Shown here: piece after piece, positions 24,680-36,803 of the stretch
Layout: the number at the start of each line of letters is the position of its first letter
Position numbering within the stretch: position 1 is the stretch's first letter
Source: Burkholderiales bacterium
Lineage (GTDB): Bacteria; Pseudomonadota; Gammaproteobacteria; Burkholderiales; SG8-39
Direction of reading: 5' to 3'
Length of the DNA stretch: 54,067 nt
NCBI GenBank assembly: GCA_035317085.1
Contig: DATHHS010000154.1
Location: 1 to 54,067 of the forward strand
The notes under the pieces: generated by a model
Databases searched by the model: none
What the model saw: only the letters and a program-made list of their open reading frames with translations
Told to the model about the DNA's origin: nothing
Program-made: the position numbers and the translations under genes

Positions 24680-26482
24680 CTAGAAGCGTGTGGTCAGGTC
24701 GAGCGACCGGAGAAATTTTTCGGGCGGCTGGTAGCCGATCACGCGTACATTTTCGATTTCCCGGCCGTTCGCATCGAAAAAGACAATACCCGGCGGCCCG
24801 AACAGGCGAAAGCGCTTGAGCAGCGCCTTGTCATCGGGCGAGTTGGCTGTCACGTCGGCGCGCAGGAGCAGCATCCCACCCAGGCGGGCCTGAACTTGCG
24901 GGTCGCTGAAAGTGAAGCGCTCCATTTCCTTGCACGACACGCACCAGTCGGCGTAGAAATCGAGCATCGCGGCTTTGCCCGCAGTCTTCAGATGCGCATC
25001 GAGATCGGCAAGCGTCCTGACAGTTTGAAAGGGCACCTGCTGCGTCTCGGCCGCTTCCGAAAGCACGCCGGCCAGGGGGCGCAGAGGATCTCGCGCGCCC
25101 GACAGAGCTCCTATGCCTTGCGCGATGCCCGCGATCAAGGCGAGGATGCCGATCGCTTTCCACATCCTGGCCCAGCCCGAAGCCCCGTGGGACAGAGGTT
25201 CCAGCGCATTCAGAAATACGCCCGATCCGACAAGCAGCACGCCCCACATCAGCATCTGCGCGGCGACCGGGATCACCGGCGAAACGATCCAGATCGCCAC
25301 GCCCAGAAGCAGCACCCCGAAAATCCGCTTGATCGCGTTCATCCAATGGCCGGCCCTGGGCAGGAGCGCGCCTTCGGAAACGCCGACCAGAACGAGCGGC
25401 ACGCCCATGCCGATCGCCATCGAGAAGAGCGCGGTCCCGCCGAGTACCGCGTCATGCGTCTGCCCGATGTAGAGAAGCGCTCCAGCGAGCGGAGCGGCCA
25501 CGCAAGGGGACACGATCGCCGCCGACAGCATTCCCATCAACACCACAGCGCCCCAGTGTCCCCCGCTCAGCCGGTGACTCGCATTCGCAAAGTGCGATTG
25601 CAAGCTCGAAGGCAGCTGCAGCTCATAGAAGCCGAACATCGACAGCGCGAGAACCACAAAGATCGCGGCAAATGCGCCTAGCACCCAGGCGTTTTGCAGC
25701 GCCGCGGAGAACAGGCTACCGGAGAGGGCCGCGGCGATCCCGATGGCAGTGTAAGTCACCGCCATGCCCAAGACGTAGGCGAGCGATACGAGCAGCGCGC
25801 GGCGGCGCGTGACCTTGCGGCCTTCGCCCACGATGATTCCGGAAAGAATCGGGATCATCGGCAGCACGCATGGCGTAAACGTGAGCAGCAGCCCGGCTCC
25901 GAAGAATACGGCCATGACCAGCCAGATCCGCCCCGATTCGATGATGCCGGCAAAACGCATGTCCTCACTTCCCGCGCCAGGCTGAACGCCCTCCGGCGTC
26001 GGCGTGGAAGCCTGCGGTCCGTCTCCTATGAAGATCGAGGAAAACGTGGTTCCCGCCGACGCAAGCCGGAGATCGGCGCTTTGAACCTGCGGCACATAGC
26101 ACACGCCCACGTCGGCGCAGCCCTGGGAGGTGACCTGAAGCTTCACGCGTTCGGCGCCTGCGGCTTCGATCGGCAGTCGGATGCGCACCTCCTTGCGATA
26201 GGTCTCCTGCTTGCCGAAGAACTTGTCCTCGTGGATTTGCCCCTTGGAAAACTGAGGCTCGCCGAGCCTCACCGAAGGCGGTTCGACGGCGAAGCGAAAA
26301 CGCTCGCGGTAGAGGTAATACCCGTCGGCGATCGCGTAGCGCACCTCGATCGTGGCGGCATCGAGCACACGCGCCGAAAAGCGGAACGCCTTGTCCGGCT
26401 CGAGCAGATCGTCGGCGCCCGCTGCGCGCGCAGACGGCAACGCGGACAGGAGCAACAGCACGATGAGCACAAGTCGACGCAT
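24680..26482 (-). CDS. dsbD: Thiol:disulfide interchange protein DsbD
   Basis: It has a periplasmic N-domain, a TM core with FTPCVLPMIP, and a C-terminal thioredoxin fold (YADWCVSCKEME). Confidence 0.95.
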   Translation of the reverse strand: MRRLVLIVLLLLSALPSARAAGADDLLEPDKAFRFSARVLDAATIEVRYAIADGYYLYRERFRFAVEPPSVRLGEPQFSKGQIHEDKFFGKQETYRKEVRIRLPIEAAGAERVKLQVTSQGCADVGVCYVPQVQSADLRLASAGTTFSSIFIGDGPQASTPTPEGVQPGAGSEDMRFAGIIESGRIWLVMAVFFGAGLLLTFTPCVLPMIPILSGIIVGEGRKVTRRRALLVSLAYVLGMAVTYTAIGIAAALSGSLFSAALQNAWVLGAFAAIFVVLALSMFGFYELQLPSSLQSHFANASHRLSGGHWGAVVLMGMLSAAIVSPCVAAPLAGALLYIGQTHDAVLGGTALFSMAIGMGVPLVLVGVSEGALLPRAGHWMNAIKRIFGVLLLGVAIWIVSPVIPVAAQMLMWGVLLVGSGVFLNALEPLSHGASGWARMWKAIGILALIAGIAQGIGALSGARDPLRPLAGVLSEAAETQQVPFQTVRTLADLDAHLKTAGKAAMLDFYADWCVSCKEMERFTFSDPQVQARLGGMLLLRADVTANSPDDKALLKRFRLFGPPGIVFFDANGREIENVRVIGYQPPEKFLRSLDLTTRF

Positions 26483-26484
26483 GT

Positions 26485-26814
26485 CTAGGCGGGCCGTGTT
26501 TCAGAATCGACCCACTCGAGATAGGCGGGCAATCCTCCCGACAGTGGGACCGCGATGATCTCCGGAAGTTCGTAGGGGTGGTGGGCGCGGATGGCCGATT
26601 CCAGCTCCGGGTAGCGGGTCCGCGTCGTCTTGATCAGCATCGGGAATTCCTCCACGTCCTCGGTTTTGCCTTGCCAGCGATAAACGGAGCGACACGGCGA
26701 GAGGATGTTGATGCAGGCTGCGAGATGCCCTTCGATGAGCGCGTGGGCCAGTTTCGCCGCGCTGTCGCGATCCGGCAGATTGGTGATGACGAGATAAGTG
26801 TCCGCCGTCTTCAT
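26485..26814 (-). CDS. cutA: Divalent-cation tolerance protein CutA
   Basis: The product is 109 aa: LAACINILSPCRSVYRWQGK ... YELPEIIAVP. It is adjacent to dsbD, a conserved pairing. Confidence 0.9.
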   Translation of the reverse strand: MKTADTYLVITNLPDRDSAAKLAHALIEGHLAACINILSPCRSVYRWQGKTEDVEEFPMLIKTTRTRYPELESAIRAHHPYELPEIIAVPLSGGLPAYLEWVDSETRPA

Positions 26815-27692
26815 GCGGCCTCCTTGATGCCGGCAACTCCGTCGGCGACCGTAGGATAGCGCAGCCGCACGCCGAGCTCCGCTTTCATCCGCCGATTGGA
26901 AAGACGCCTCGATTCGTTCATGAATGAAAGCAACGCCGGGGGCAGCAGGCGCGCGGCTTCGGCGCGCGAGACGCGGGGCGGCCGCGCGAGTCCCGAGCGA
27001 TCGGCCACGAGATCGAACCAGTCGCCCATCCTGATCTCGCTGTCGTCGCTCGCATTGTAAATTCCGGACGCTTGCGCCGACCCCAGCGCCAGGACGAGGA
27101 TAGCCGCGAGATCGTCGGCGTGAATGTGGTTGGTGTAGACGTCCTCTTCCGCGCGCAAAACCGGGGTGCCGCGCGCGATACGGTCGAGCGGCAATCGGTC
27201 TTTGGCGTAGATGCCCGGGACGCGCAGGATGACGACCTCCACCTTGTTGCGATCTCCCCAGTCGGAGACCGCCCGCTCGGCATCAAGGCGGCACATCGCA
27301 CGCTCGGTCTGCGGCCGGGGTGCGCGCGTTTCCTCCGCCCGCTCGCCTGCGCAATCGCCATAGACACCGCTCGTGGAGATATACACGAATCGCCGTGGTA
27401 ACATTGCGCCGCGTTTTTGCGGTGCCGACAGCGCCGCGAGCAGATTCCGGGTACGCAGGTCGGCTTGCCCGCCTGCCGCGGGCGGGGCAAGGTGCGCAAC
27501 GACCTCCGCCCGACCGGCAAGCGGCGCGAGAGATTCGGGGTCGTCGAGATCGCCTTCGATCAATTCGATACCCGAGGCGGCAAGAGCAGGATCGCGTGAG
27601 CGCACCAGCGCGCAGACGTGATACCGCTGCTTGAGTACCGGCAAGGCACGGCGGGCGATGTCGCCGCAACCGATGATGAGCAAGGTGTCCAC
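26811..27692 (-). CDS. SDR-family NAD(P)-dependent oxidoreductase/epimerase
   Basis: The N-terminal Rossmann motif is LLIIGCGDIARR. The product is 293 aa and resembles NAD-dependent epimerase/dehydratase proteins. Confidence 0.7.
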   Translation of the reverse strand: MDTLLIIGCGDIARRALPVLKQRYHVCALVRSRDPALAASGIELIEGDLDDPESLAPLAGRAEVVAHLAPPAAGGQADLRTRNLLAALSAPQKRGAMLPRRFVYISTSGVYGDCAGERAEETRAPRPQTERAMCRLDAERAVSDWGDRNKVEVVILRVPGIYAKDRLPLDRIARGTPVLRAEEDVYTNHIHADDLAAILVLALGSAQASGIYNASDDSEIRMGDWFDLVADRSGLARPPRVSRAEAARLLPPALLSFMNESRRLSNRRMKAELGVRLRYPTVADGVAGIKEAA

Positions 27693-27713
27693 GAGCGAAT
27701 TTTACGCGCCCCG

Positions 27714-28739
27714 ATGACGCATCAGGTCACGATCCGCAACACCGGTCACCAGTTCCCGGCCCAAGACGGCTCGAGCATTCTTCAGGCCGCGCTCGACGCC
27801 GGCCTCGTGCTTCCCTACGGCTGCCGCGACGGCGCCTGCGGCAGTTGCAAGGGGAAACTCATCGAAGGCCGGATCGACTACGGCCATTATTCGGAAAAAG
27901 CGCTCAGCCCCGAAGAGCGCGAGCGGGGGTTCGCGCTGTTCTGTCAGGCGCGGCCTCTCTCGGACGTAGTGATCGAGGCCCGCGAGGTGCGCAAGGCGGG
28001 CGACATCCAGGTCAGGAAGCTCCCGGCGCGCGTGCACAAGCTGGAGCGCGTGGCGGGCGACGCCATGATCGTCTATCTGAAACTCCCGGCGAACGAACGT
28101 CTGATGTTCCTGCCCGGCCAGTACATCGACATCCTCTTGAAGGACGGCACGCGGCGAAGTTTTTCCATGGCCAATGCCCCTCACGACGACGAGTTCGTGC
28201 AGCTGCACGTGCGCCACGTGCCGGGCGGTTCATTCACCGATCACGTGTTCCAGACCATGAAGGAGCGCGATATCCTGCGCTTCGAAGGGCCGTTCGGGAC
28301 TTTTTTCCTGCGCGAGGAGTCCGCGAAGCCCATCGCATTCGTCGCTTCGGGCACAGGATTCGCGCCGATCAAAGCGGTCATCGAGGCTGCGTTCAAAAAG
28401 GGCGTCGCGCGTCCTATGACCCTTTACTGGGGCGCTCGCCGCCCTAAAGATCTTTACCTGAACGCTTTGGCCGAGCGCTGGGCCGGCGAACACACGGGTT
28501 TCAGGTATGTTCCCGTCATCTCCGATGCACTCGCGGAGGACCACTGGACCGGCCGCACGGGATTCGTGCACCGGGCAGTCATGGAAGACACATCGGACCT
28601 TTCCGGCCACCAGGTCTACGCCTGCGGAGTGCCTATCATGGTCGACTCGGCGCGGCGCGACTTCACGCTGAAGTGCAGTTTGCCGGAGAACGAGTTCTAC
28701 GCCGACTCCTTCACCACCGCCGCCGACAAGGCGCCTTAG
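27714..28739 (+). CDS. 2Fe-2S ferredoxin / FAD-NAD(P) reductase fusion (CDP-6-deoxy-delta-3,4-glucoseen reductase-like)
   Basis: YGCRDGACGSCKGKL is a plant-type 2Fe-2S motif, RRSFSMAN fits RxYS FAD binding, and ASGTGFAPIKA is the NAD site. I set the start at ATG 27714. Confidence 0.85.
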   Translation: MTHQVTIRNTGHQFPAQDGSSILQAALDAGLVLPYGCRDGACGSCKGKLIEGRIDYGHYSEKALSPEERERGFALFCQARPLSDVVIEAREVRKAGDIQVRKLPARVHKLERVAGDAMIVYLKLPANERLMFLPGQYIDILLKDGTRRSFSMANAPHDDEFVQLHVRHVPGGSFTDHVFQTMKERDILRFEGPFGTFFLREESAKPIAFVASGTGFAPIKAVIEAAFKKGVARPMTLYWGARRPKDLYLNALAERWAGEHTGFRYVPVISDALAEDHWTGRTGFVHRAVMEDTSDLSGHQVYACGVPIMVDSARRDFTLKCSLPENEFYADSFTTAADKAP

Positions 28740-28754
28740 CGTGCACCTCTGCGA

Positions 28755-29471
28755 TCAGGCCGCGGCCTCGCCGAGATAAGCCTCGCGCACGCGCGGATCG
28801 GCAAGAAGCGCGTGCGCTTCTCCGGAGAGCGTGATCATCCCGCTTTCCATGACATAGGCCCGGGCCGCGAGAGCGAGCGCTGCCCGCGCGTTCTGTTCCA
28901 CGAGCAGCACCGTCACGCCGGCGCGATTGATGTCGCGGATCACCCCGAAGATTTTCTGCGCGACCATGGGCGCAAGTCCCATGCTCGGTTCATCCAGCGC
29001 GAGCAGCTTCGGCCGGCTCATCAGAGCGCGTCCGATCACGAGCATTTGCTGCTCGCCGCCCGAGAGCGTGCCGGCGGTCTGTCGCCGGCGCTCCTTGAGC
29101 AGCGGGAACAGGCTGAACGTGCGATCGCGGTCCGTTTCCACCTCGCCGTCGCTGCGGGGGTAGGCTCCCATGGCCAGATTCTCATCCACAGTGAGCTGCG
29201 CGAACACGCCGCGTCCTTCCGGCACCATGACGAGCCCCCCACGCGCGCGCCTGAAGGCGGGCACGCCGGCGAGATCGCTGCCGCCGAAGCGCACCGCGCC
29301 CGGCGCCGTCGGCACCAGGCCCGAAATCGCGCGCAGCGTCGAGGACTTCCCGGCGCCGTTCGCGCCGATGAGACACACCATCTCGCCGACGCCGACCTCG
29401 AGGTCTATGCCTTTTACGGCGCGGATCCCGCCATAGCGGACTTCGAGGCCGTGGATTTCGAGCAGGCTCAT
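28755..29471 (-). CDS. livF: Branched-chain amino acid ABC transporter ATP-binding protein LivF
   Basis: MSLLEIHGLEVRYGG, GANGAGKSS, LSGGEQQML and LLALDEPS are present. I set the start at 29471. Confidence 0.9.
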   Translation of the reverse strand: MSLLEIHGLEVRYGGIRAVKGIDLEVGVGEMVCLIGANGAGKSSTLRAISGLVPTAPGAVRFGGSDLAGVPAFRRARGGLVMVPEGRGVFAQLTVDENLAMGAYPRSDGEVETDRDRTFSLFPLLKERRRQTAGTLSGGEQQMLVIGRALMSRPKLLALDEPSMGLAPMVAQKIFGVIRDINRAGVTVLLVEQNARAALALAARAYVMESGMITLSGEAHALLADPRVREAYLGEAAA

Positions 29472-30235
29472 GCAACAGGTGCTCCCAGATACGCCTCGAT
29501 CACCTTCGGATCGCGCTGCACTTCGGCGGGTGTACCCTCGGCGATGCGCTCGCCGTGATCGAGCACGAGCACCCTGTCGCACACGTTCATGACCAGCCGC
29601 ACGTCGTGCTCGATCAGGAACAGGCTTATTCCGTCTCCCCGGATGCGATCGAGCAGCCCGCGCAGCGCCAGCGTTTCCGACGCATTCATCCCTGCGGCCG
29701 GCTCATCCAGGCACAGCAGTCTGGGATCGGTGGCGAGGGAACGGGCGATCTCGAGCCGCCTTTGGTCGCCGTAGGGAAGGCTGCCCGCGGCTTCGTTGGC
29801 CCGGTGGCGTATCCCGACGTAGTCGAGAAGCTCGGCGGCGCGCCGCTCGATGGCGGCTTCCTCCTCGCGCGTCGCCGCGTTTCGCAGCACTGCGCCGATC
29901 ACGCCCGCACGGGTGCGGACATGGCGGCCGATCATCACGTTCTCGAGCGCGGAGAGATTGGCGAACAGACGGATGTTCTGGAAAGTGCGGGCGACACCGC
30001 GCGCCGCGACCTCGTGCGGCTTGAGGCCTGAGAGTTCCGCGCCTTCGAACGCGAACCGCCCGCCGTCCGGAACATCAATCCCGGTAAGGAGATTGAAGAG
30101 GGTCGTTTTTCCCGCGCCGTTCGGGCCGATCAGGCCGTAGATCTCGCCGCGCCGGATCGAGAAGCCGACGCCGGCGAGCGCCTGCACGCCGCCAAATTTG
30201 CGGGACAGTCCGGAGGCTTCGAGCAGATCGCTCAT
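29468..30235 (-). CDS. livG: Branched-chain amino acid ABC transporter ATP-binding protein LivG
   Basis: MSDLLEASGLSRKFGGVQAL, GPNGAGKTT, LPYGDQRRLEIAR and LLCLDEPAAG are present. The 607-aa track ORF is an over-extension through livM. Confidence 0.9.
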   Translation of the reverse strand: MSDLLEASGLSRKFGGVQALAGVGFSIRRGEIYGLIGPNGAGKTTLFNLLTGIDVPDGGRFAFEGAELSGLKPHEVAARGVARTFQNIRLFANLSALENVMIGRHVRTRAGVIGAVLRNAATREEEAAIERRAAELLDYVGIRHRANEAAGSLPYGDQRRLEIARSLATDPRLLCLDEPAAGMNASETLALRGLLDRIRGDGISLFLIEHDVRLVMNVCDRVLVLDHGERIAEGTPAEVQRDPKVIEAYLGAPVA

Positions 30236-31299
30236 GGCTTGCGCTCCGCGAGCTCGCGCCTGCGCACCGCCGAAGGCCACAGGCCGCCGGGCCTCAAGAT
30301 CATGACGAGAACCAGGGCAAAACCGAAGATCAGCATGCGGATCACCTCCGGCTCGATGAGCATGCGGCCGAAGAGCCGCGTCTGCACCGGCTCGACGGTG
30401 AAGCGCAGGATCTCCGGAACGAAGGAGAGCAGCACCGCGCCGAGAATCACGCCCCAGATGTTGCCCATTCCGCCGAGCACGACCATGGACACCACCATGA
30501 TGGACTCGACCAGGACGAAGCTCTCCGGAGAAATGAATCCCTGGATCGCCGAGAACATTCCGCCGGCGAGGCCGCCGAAGGACGCGCCCATGGCAAAAGC
30601 AAGCAGCTTGAGGTTCCTCGTGTTGATTCCCATCGCGCGTGCCGCGACTTCGTCCTCGCGCACCGCCTCCCAGGCGCGGCCGATGCGGGAATTCTGCAGC
30701 CGCACGTTGATGAAGATCACCGCGAGCATGACGATGAGCAGGAAGTAGTAGTACTTGATCGGCCCGCTGAACGTCAGCCCGAGAAAGGTCTCGGTCCTGG
30801 CGAAATCGAAACTCCCGAGACGCAAGGGGTCGATGCGGGCGATGCCCTGGGGTCCGTTGGTGATGTTGACGGGCTGGGACAGATTGTTGAGAAAAATGCG
30901 GACGATCTCGCCGAATCCCAGCGTCACGATCGCGAGGTAATCTCCGCGCAGCTTCAGGGTCGGCGCGCCGAGCAGCACCCCGAAGACCGCGGCGACCGCG
31001 GCGCCGAGCGGCAGGGTCACCCAGAACGGCCAGTGGATGTCGAAGTGCGGTGAGGCGAGCAGCGCGTAGGTGTAGGCGCCGACCGCGTAGAAAGCGATGT
31101 AGCCGAGATCGAGCAGTCCCGCGAAGCCGACGACGATGTTCAAGCCGAGCGCGAGGAACACGTACAGGATCGCGAGGTTGGTGATTCTCACCCAGGCCGT
31201 CCCTCCCGCGGCGAGCGCGAACGGCAGTGCGAGCAGCGCAAGCGCGATGAGCGCGATACCCGCGCGGACGACGGCGGGTCGCGTGCTCCACTCCTTCAC
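30232..31299 (-). CDS. livM: Branched-chain amino acid ABC transporter permease LivM
   Basis: The GTG start at 31299 overlaps the livH stop (GTGA). The product reads VKEWSTRPAVVRAGIALIAL ... GLLDLGYIAFYAVGAY. Confidence 0.85.
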   Translation of the reverse strand: MKEWSTRPAVVRAGIALIALALLALPFALAAGGTAWVRITNLAILYVFLALGLNIVVGFAGLLDLGYIAFYAVGAYTYALLASPHFDIHWPFWVTLPLGAAVAAVFGVLLGAPTLKLRGDYLAIVTLGFGEIVRIFLNNLSQPVNITNGPQGIARIDPLRLGSFDFARTETFLGLTFSGPIKYYYFLLIVMLAVIFINVRLQNSRIGRAWEAVREDEVAARAMGINTRNLKLLAFAMGASFGGLAGGMFSAIQGFISPESFVLVESIMVVSMVVLGGMGNIWGVILGAVLLSFVPEILRFTVEPVQTRLFGRMLIEPEVIRMLIFGFALVLVMILRPGGLWPSAVRRRELAERKP

Positions 31300-32219
31300 G
31301 CCCTGTCTCCCACGCGTTCCCCGAGCAGGCCCGAGGGCCGCAGTATCAGCGCCCCGATCAGCACGATGAAGGCGAACACATCCTGGTAGTTGGATCCGAA
31401 CACGTTCCCAGTGAGATCGCCGATGTAGCCGGCGCCCAGCGCTTCGATCACGCCGAGCAGCACGCCGCCCAGCATCGCGCCCGGGATATTGCCGATTCCG
31501 CCCAGCACCGCGGCGCAGAATGCCTTCAGGCCGAGCTGCGAGCCCATGGTGTAGTGCGCGATGCCGTAGTAGCTCGCCACCATGACGCCTGCGACGGCGG
31601 CCAGCGCGGCGCCGATGACGAATGTAAAGGCGATGACGCGGTTCGCGTCTATGCCCATCAGCCCCGCCACCTGCGGGTTTTGCGCGGTCGCACGCATCGC
31701 CGTGCCGAGGCGGGTGCGGTACACGAGCGCGATGAGTCCGGCCATCATGACGACGGAAATCACCATGATGGCGATCTGCACATTGGTGATGGTGGCGCCG
31801 CCGATGTCGTAGGACTGCAGCTTGATGATCTGCGGAAACGCGAGCGGGTTGCGACTCCAGATCAGCATCGCCACATGCTGCAGGATGATCGACACGCCGA
31901 TGGCGGTGATGAGCGGAGCGAGGCGCGGCGCGCCGCGCAAGGGCCGGTAGGCGAGCCGCTCCATCGCGTAGCCGATCAGCATGCACGCCGGGACCGCACA
32001 GCCGGTGGCGATCAGCACGACCAGCAGCGGCGGCAGGCCCAAGGGCGCGAGTGCGCTGATCACCGTGAACGCCACCATCGCACCGACCATCACCACTTCG
32101 CCGTGGGCAAAGTTGATGAGCTGGATGATGCCGTACACCATGGTGTAGCCGAGCGCGACCACCGCGTATACCGCGCCCAGGGTGAGCCCGTTGATAAGCT
32201 GCTGGATGAATATGTCCAT
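31296..32219 (-). CDS. livH: Branched-chain amino acid ABC transporter permease LivH
   Basis: MDIFIQQLINGLTLGAVYAVVALGYTMVYGIIQLINFAHGE resembles the E. coli LivH N-terminus. The GTG at 32234 in the track lies inside a hairpin. Confidence 0.85.
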   Translation of the reverse strand: MDIFIQQLINGLTLGAVYAVVALGYTMVYGIIQLINFAHGEVVMVGAMVAFTVISALAPLGLPPLLVVLIATGCAVPACMLIGYAMERLAYRPLRGAPRLAPLITAIGVSIILQHVAMLIWSRNPLAFPQIIKLQSYDIGGATITNVQIAIMVISVVMMAGLIALVYRTRLGTAMRATAQNPQVAGLMGIDANRVIAFTFVIGAALAAVAGVMVASYYGIAHYTMGSQLGLKAFCAAVLGGIGNIPGAMLGGVLLGVIEALGAGYIGDLTGNVFGSNYQDVFAFIVLIGALILRPSGLLGERVGDRA

Positions 32220-32247
32220 CAACAAGAACGGCACCCGCAGGTGCCGT
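32220..32247 (-). promoter_or_regulatory. Hairpin between livK and livH (partial terminator or attenuator)
   Basis: The reverse strand reads ACGGCAC-ctgcgg-GTGCCGT followed by TCTTGTTG. Confidence 0.35.
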
Positions 32248-32271
32248 CTCGCGTGTTGCTCTTCAAAGCGC

Positions 32272-33510
32272 TTACTTCTTTTGAGCGTCCGCCGCGGGCG
32301 CCGAGCTCATGGCGACGAAATCGTCGTACTTGATGGTCTTGCCGCTCTTGATGATGGCGATCGGCACGAGCTTGCCGAGCTTCATGGTGAAGATGGTCAT
32401 CTCGGCATCCTTGCGGTCGCCTTTGTCATCGAAGGAAATCCGGCCGGTCGCGCCCGCGAAATCGATTTTCTGCAGGACGGGCAGATATTTCACCGGGTCC
32501 GCCGAATTGGCCTGTTTCATCGCTTCGATCAGCAGGTTCATCGCGTCATAGGTGAACGGCGAATAAAGAATCGGCTCGACGCTGAACCGCTTCTTGTAGG
32601 CATCGAGAAAACTCTTGGAGGCCGCGAGAGGCGGAATTCCCGCCTGCGAGCACAACAGGTCATCGGCTGCGCTGCCGGCGAGCTGACTCATCTTGTCGGT
32701 GCAGGCGCCGTCTCCGAAGGAGAATACCGCCTTGAGGCCGAGCTCCTTGCCCTGCCTGAGCAGCGGGCCGCCGGTGGCATCCATTCCGCCGTAGAACACG
32801 GCGTCGGGGTTGCGGCCTTTCACCTTGGTCAGCACCGCCTTCCAGTCGGTGGTTTTGTCGCTGCCTCTTTCGCGCGGGAGCACTTTCACTCCGGCGGCCT
32901 TGAGCGCCTTCTCCACTTCGTTCGCAAGACCCTCGCCGTAGGCGGTCGCATCATCGATCACTGCCGCAAGCTTCGGTTTGACGGTGGCGGCGAGATAGTT
33001 TGCGATCGCCGGACCCTGCTGGTCGTCGCGTCCCACCACGCGAAACACGTTTTTGAAGCCCTGCTCGGTCAGCTTCGGATTGGTCGCGGAACCCGTGATC
33101 ATGGGCGTCGGAGGAGTGGTGCCGTTGTAGATCGCCGAGGCCGGAATGGTGACGCCCGAATTGAGATGCCCGACCACGCCGACCACCTTGGCGTCCACCA
33201 GCTTCTGGGCCACGGTGGTGCCAACCTTGGGATCGGACTGGTCGTCCTCGGCCAGCATCTCGAACCGGACGTCCTTGCCGTCGATCTTTACTTTCGCCGC
33301 GTTGGCCTCCTCCACCGCAAGACGCGCGCCGTTCTCGTTGTCCTTGCCCAGATGCGCGATGCCGCCGGTGAGCGGCGCGACATGGCCGATCAGGATGGTG
33401 ATGCCGGCAGCCGGAGACTGCGCCTGAGGTTTTTTCTCTCCACCGCAAGCTGCGATACCCCACGCAACCAGGGCAGCCAGCGCAAAACCACCGAATCGGG
33501 AGCAGATCAT
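32272..33510 (-). CDS. livK: Branched-chain amino acid ABC transporter substrate-binding lipoprotein
   Basis: The lipobox is IAACGG. The type-I periplasmic binding fold is indicated by IGHVAPLTGGIAHLGKDNENGARLAVEEAN. Confidence 0.85.
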   Translation of the reverse strand: MICSRFGGFALAALVAWGIAACGGEKKPQAQSPAAGITILIGHVAPLTGGIAHLGKDNENGARLAVEEANAAKVKIDGKDVRFEMLAEDDQSDPKVGTTVAQKLVDAKVVGVVGHLNSGVTIPASAIYNGTTPPTPMITGSATNPKLTEQGFKNVFRVVGRDDQQGPAIANYLAATVKPKLAAVIDDATAYGEGLANEVEKALKAAGVKVLPRERGSDKTTDWKAVLTKVKGRNPDAVFYGGMDATGGPLLRQGKELGLKAVFSFGDGACTDKMSQLAGSAADDLLCSQAGIPPLAASKSFLDAYKKRFSVEPILYSPFTYDAMNLLIEAMKQANSADPVKYLPVLQKIDFAGATGRISFDDKGDRKDAEMTIFTMKLGKLVPIAIIKSGKTIKYDDFVAMSSAPAADAQKK

Positions 33511-33552
33511 CGCAACCTCCGGGTCAGGAACGCGGTGAATAAGCTGATGCGC

Positions 33553-33879
33553 CTATTTCACCGTCAGGATGAATTTCGCGAGCGTTTTGGCATCGTCGTC
33601 GCCGACGGTCCCGTTGGGCGGCATCGGAATGGGCCCCCAAACGCCGGTCGAGCCCCCTTTGATCTTGGTGACCAGATAGGCCTCGGCGTCCTTTCGGGAC
33701 TTGTACTTGGCCGCCACGTCCTTGTACGCAGGGCCGACCAGTTTCGTGTCGAGCGTGTGGCAGCTCAAGCAGGCTTTTTCTTTCAGGAGTTGCTGCGCAT
33801 CGGCGGCGAGCGCGGTACCGCCGGCGAATGTAATCGATGCGGTGAAGACGGCGGCTGCGGATAGTACTAGAGGTTTCAT
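33553..33879 (-). CDS. Cytochrome c551/c8 family monohaem cytochrome
   Basis: CLSCHTLDTKLVGPAYKDVAAKY ... GSTGVWGPIPMPPN closely parallels Pseudomonas c551 (CVACHAIDTKMVGPAYKDVAAKF ... GVWGPIPMPPN). Confidence 0.9.
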   Translation of the reverse strand: MKPLVLSAAAVFTASITFAGGTALAADAQQLLKEKACLSCHTLDTKLVGPAYKDVAAKYKSRKDAEAYLVTKIKGGSTGVWGPIPMPPNGTVGDDDAKTLAKFILTVK

Positions 33880-33915
33880 GAATTCTCCGGGAAAGTAAAA
33901 AATTTCGGCGCCATG

Positions 33916-35967
<2,052 letters not shown>

Positions 35968-36062
35968 GACGGAGAATTGCAGAAACAGTACGGCAGTGTA
36001 GCACTGCATCCTTTCGCGGACGCGTCGGCGTAGACTGCGAATCTCTGAACGGAGAATCCCGG

Positions 36063-36743
36063 ATGAACGAAGATCCTTACCGCGCCCGGCGCCGCGCGCT
36101 ACTTGCCGCGCTCGGTGGCGGCGCCGTCCTGTCGACCGCACTGCAGCGCGCACTGGCGCAAACATCGCTCGCCCGGGGCGTGCACAGCACCCAGGGTGAA
36201 GTGCGGGTCAACGACAAACCCGCCGCGCGGGGAACGCCGGTGGGCCCGGGCGACACGGTGACGACGGGAAAGGGCGCGCTCACCTTGTTCGTGATCGGCC
36301 AGGACGCCTTTCTCATGCGCGACAACAGCCGCGCCGAGTTCTCGGGCGGCGAGACGGTCGCGAATGCCCTGCGTCTTGTCACGGGCAAGCTGCTCGGCGT
36401 GTTCGGGGGCCGGGACCACAACATCGTCACCGCCACTGCGACAATAGGCATACGCGGCACGGCCGCCTATTTCGAAGCGGAGGCCGCGCGCACTTACTTC
36501 TGCCTATGCTACGGATCCGCTGTCGTTGCGGCCGCGGGCAGCGATCAACGCGCGAACTACACCACGACTCACCACGAATCGCCGCGTTACATCTACGGCG
36601 ACGGCCGCCCCGGCGCCATCGTTCCGGCGAGCGTCGTCAACCACACCGACGCGGAGATCTTCATGCTCGAAGGACTGGTCGACCGGCGGCCGCCGCAAAG
36701 CTTCATGGACGGCGAATACATGAACAGCCCCTATTCGAACTAG
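36063..36743 (+). CDS. Tat-exported FecR-domain protein
   Basis: The twin-arginine signal is [16 protein letters not shown]. The FecR-like core is [25 protein letters not shown]. Confidence 0.6.
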   Translation: MNEDPYRARRRALLAALGGGAVLSTALQRALAQTSLARGVHSTQGEVRVNDKPAARGTPVGPGDTVTTGKGALTLFVIGQDAFLMRDNSRAEFSGGETVANALRLVTGKLLGVFGGRDHNIVTATATIGIRGTAAYFEAEAARTYFCLCYGSAVVAAAGSDQRANYTTTHHESPRYIYGDGRPGAIVPASVVNHTDAEIFMLEGLVDRRPPQSFMDGEYMNSPYSN

Positions 36744-36771
36744 GACTCACGGCGAGAATTTCGGTTGGGGT

Positions 36772-36799
36772 AACGGGGGAACCGTAGGGTTCCCCCGTT
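36772..36799. terminator. 12-bp GC-rich hairpin between convergent genes (no clear U tract)
   Basis: AACGGGGGAACC-gtag-GGTTCCCCCGTT lies between the FecR-like stop and the ilvD stop. Confidence 0.35.
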
Positions 36800-36803
36800 C
36801 GTA

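Noticed and set aside
29468-31986. Very long track ORFs of 607 and 584 aa that would fuse livG and livM with upstream sequence.
   Set aside because: Their N-terminal halves are Arg/Pro/His-rich junk read through the neighbouring gene in another frame. Canonical starts (ATG 30235, GTG 31299) give normal-length LivG and LivM. The same over-extension applies to aroB (6455), aroK (6826), livF (29582), the DUF255 protein (36165), lgt (38059), tctC (45177), the hydratase (48419), the Bug receptor (52078) and the reductase (27618).
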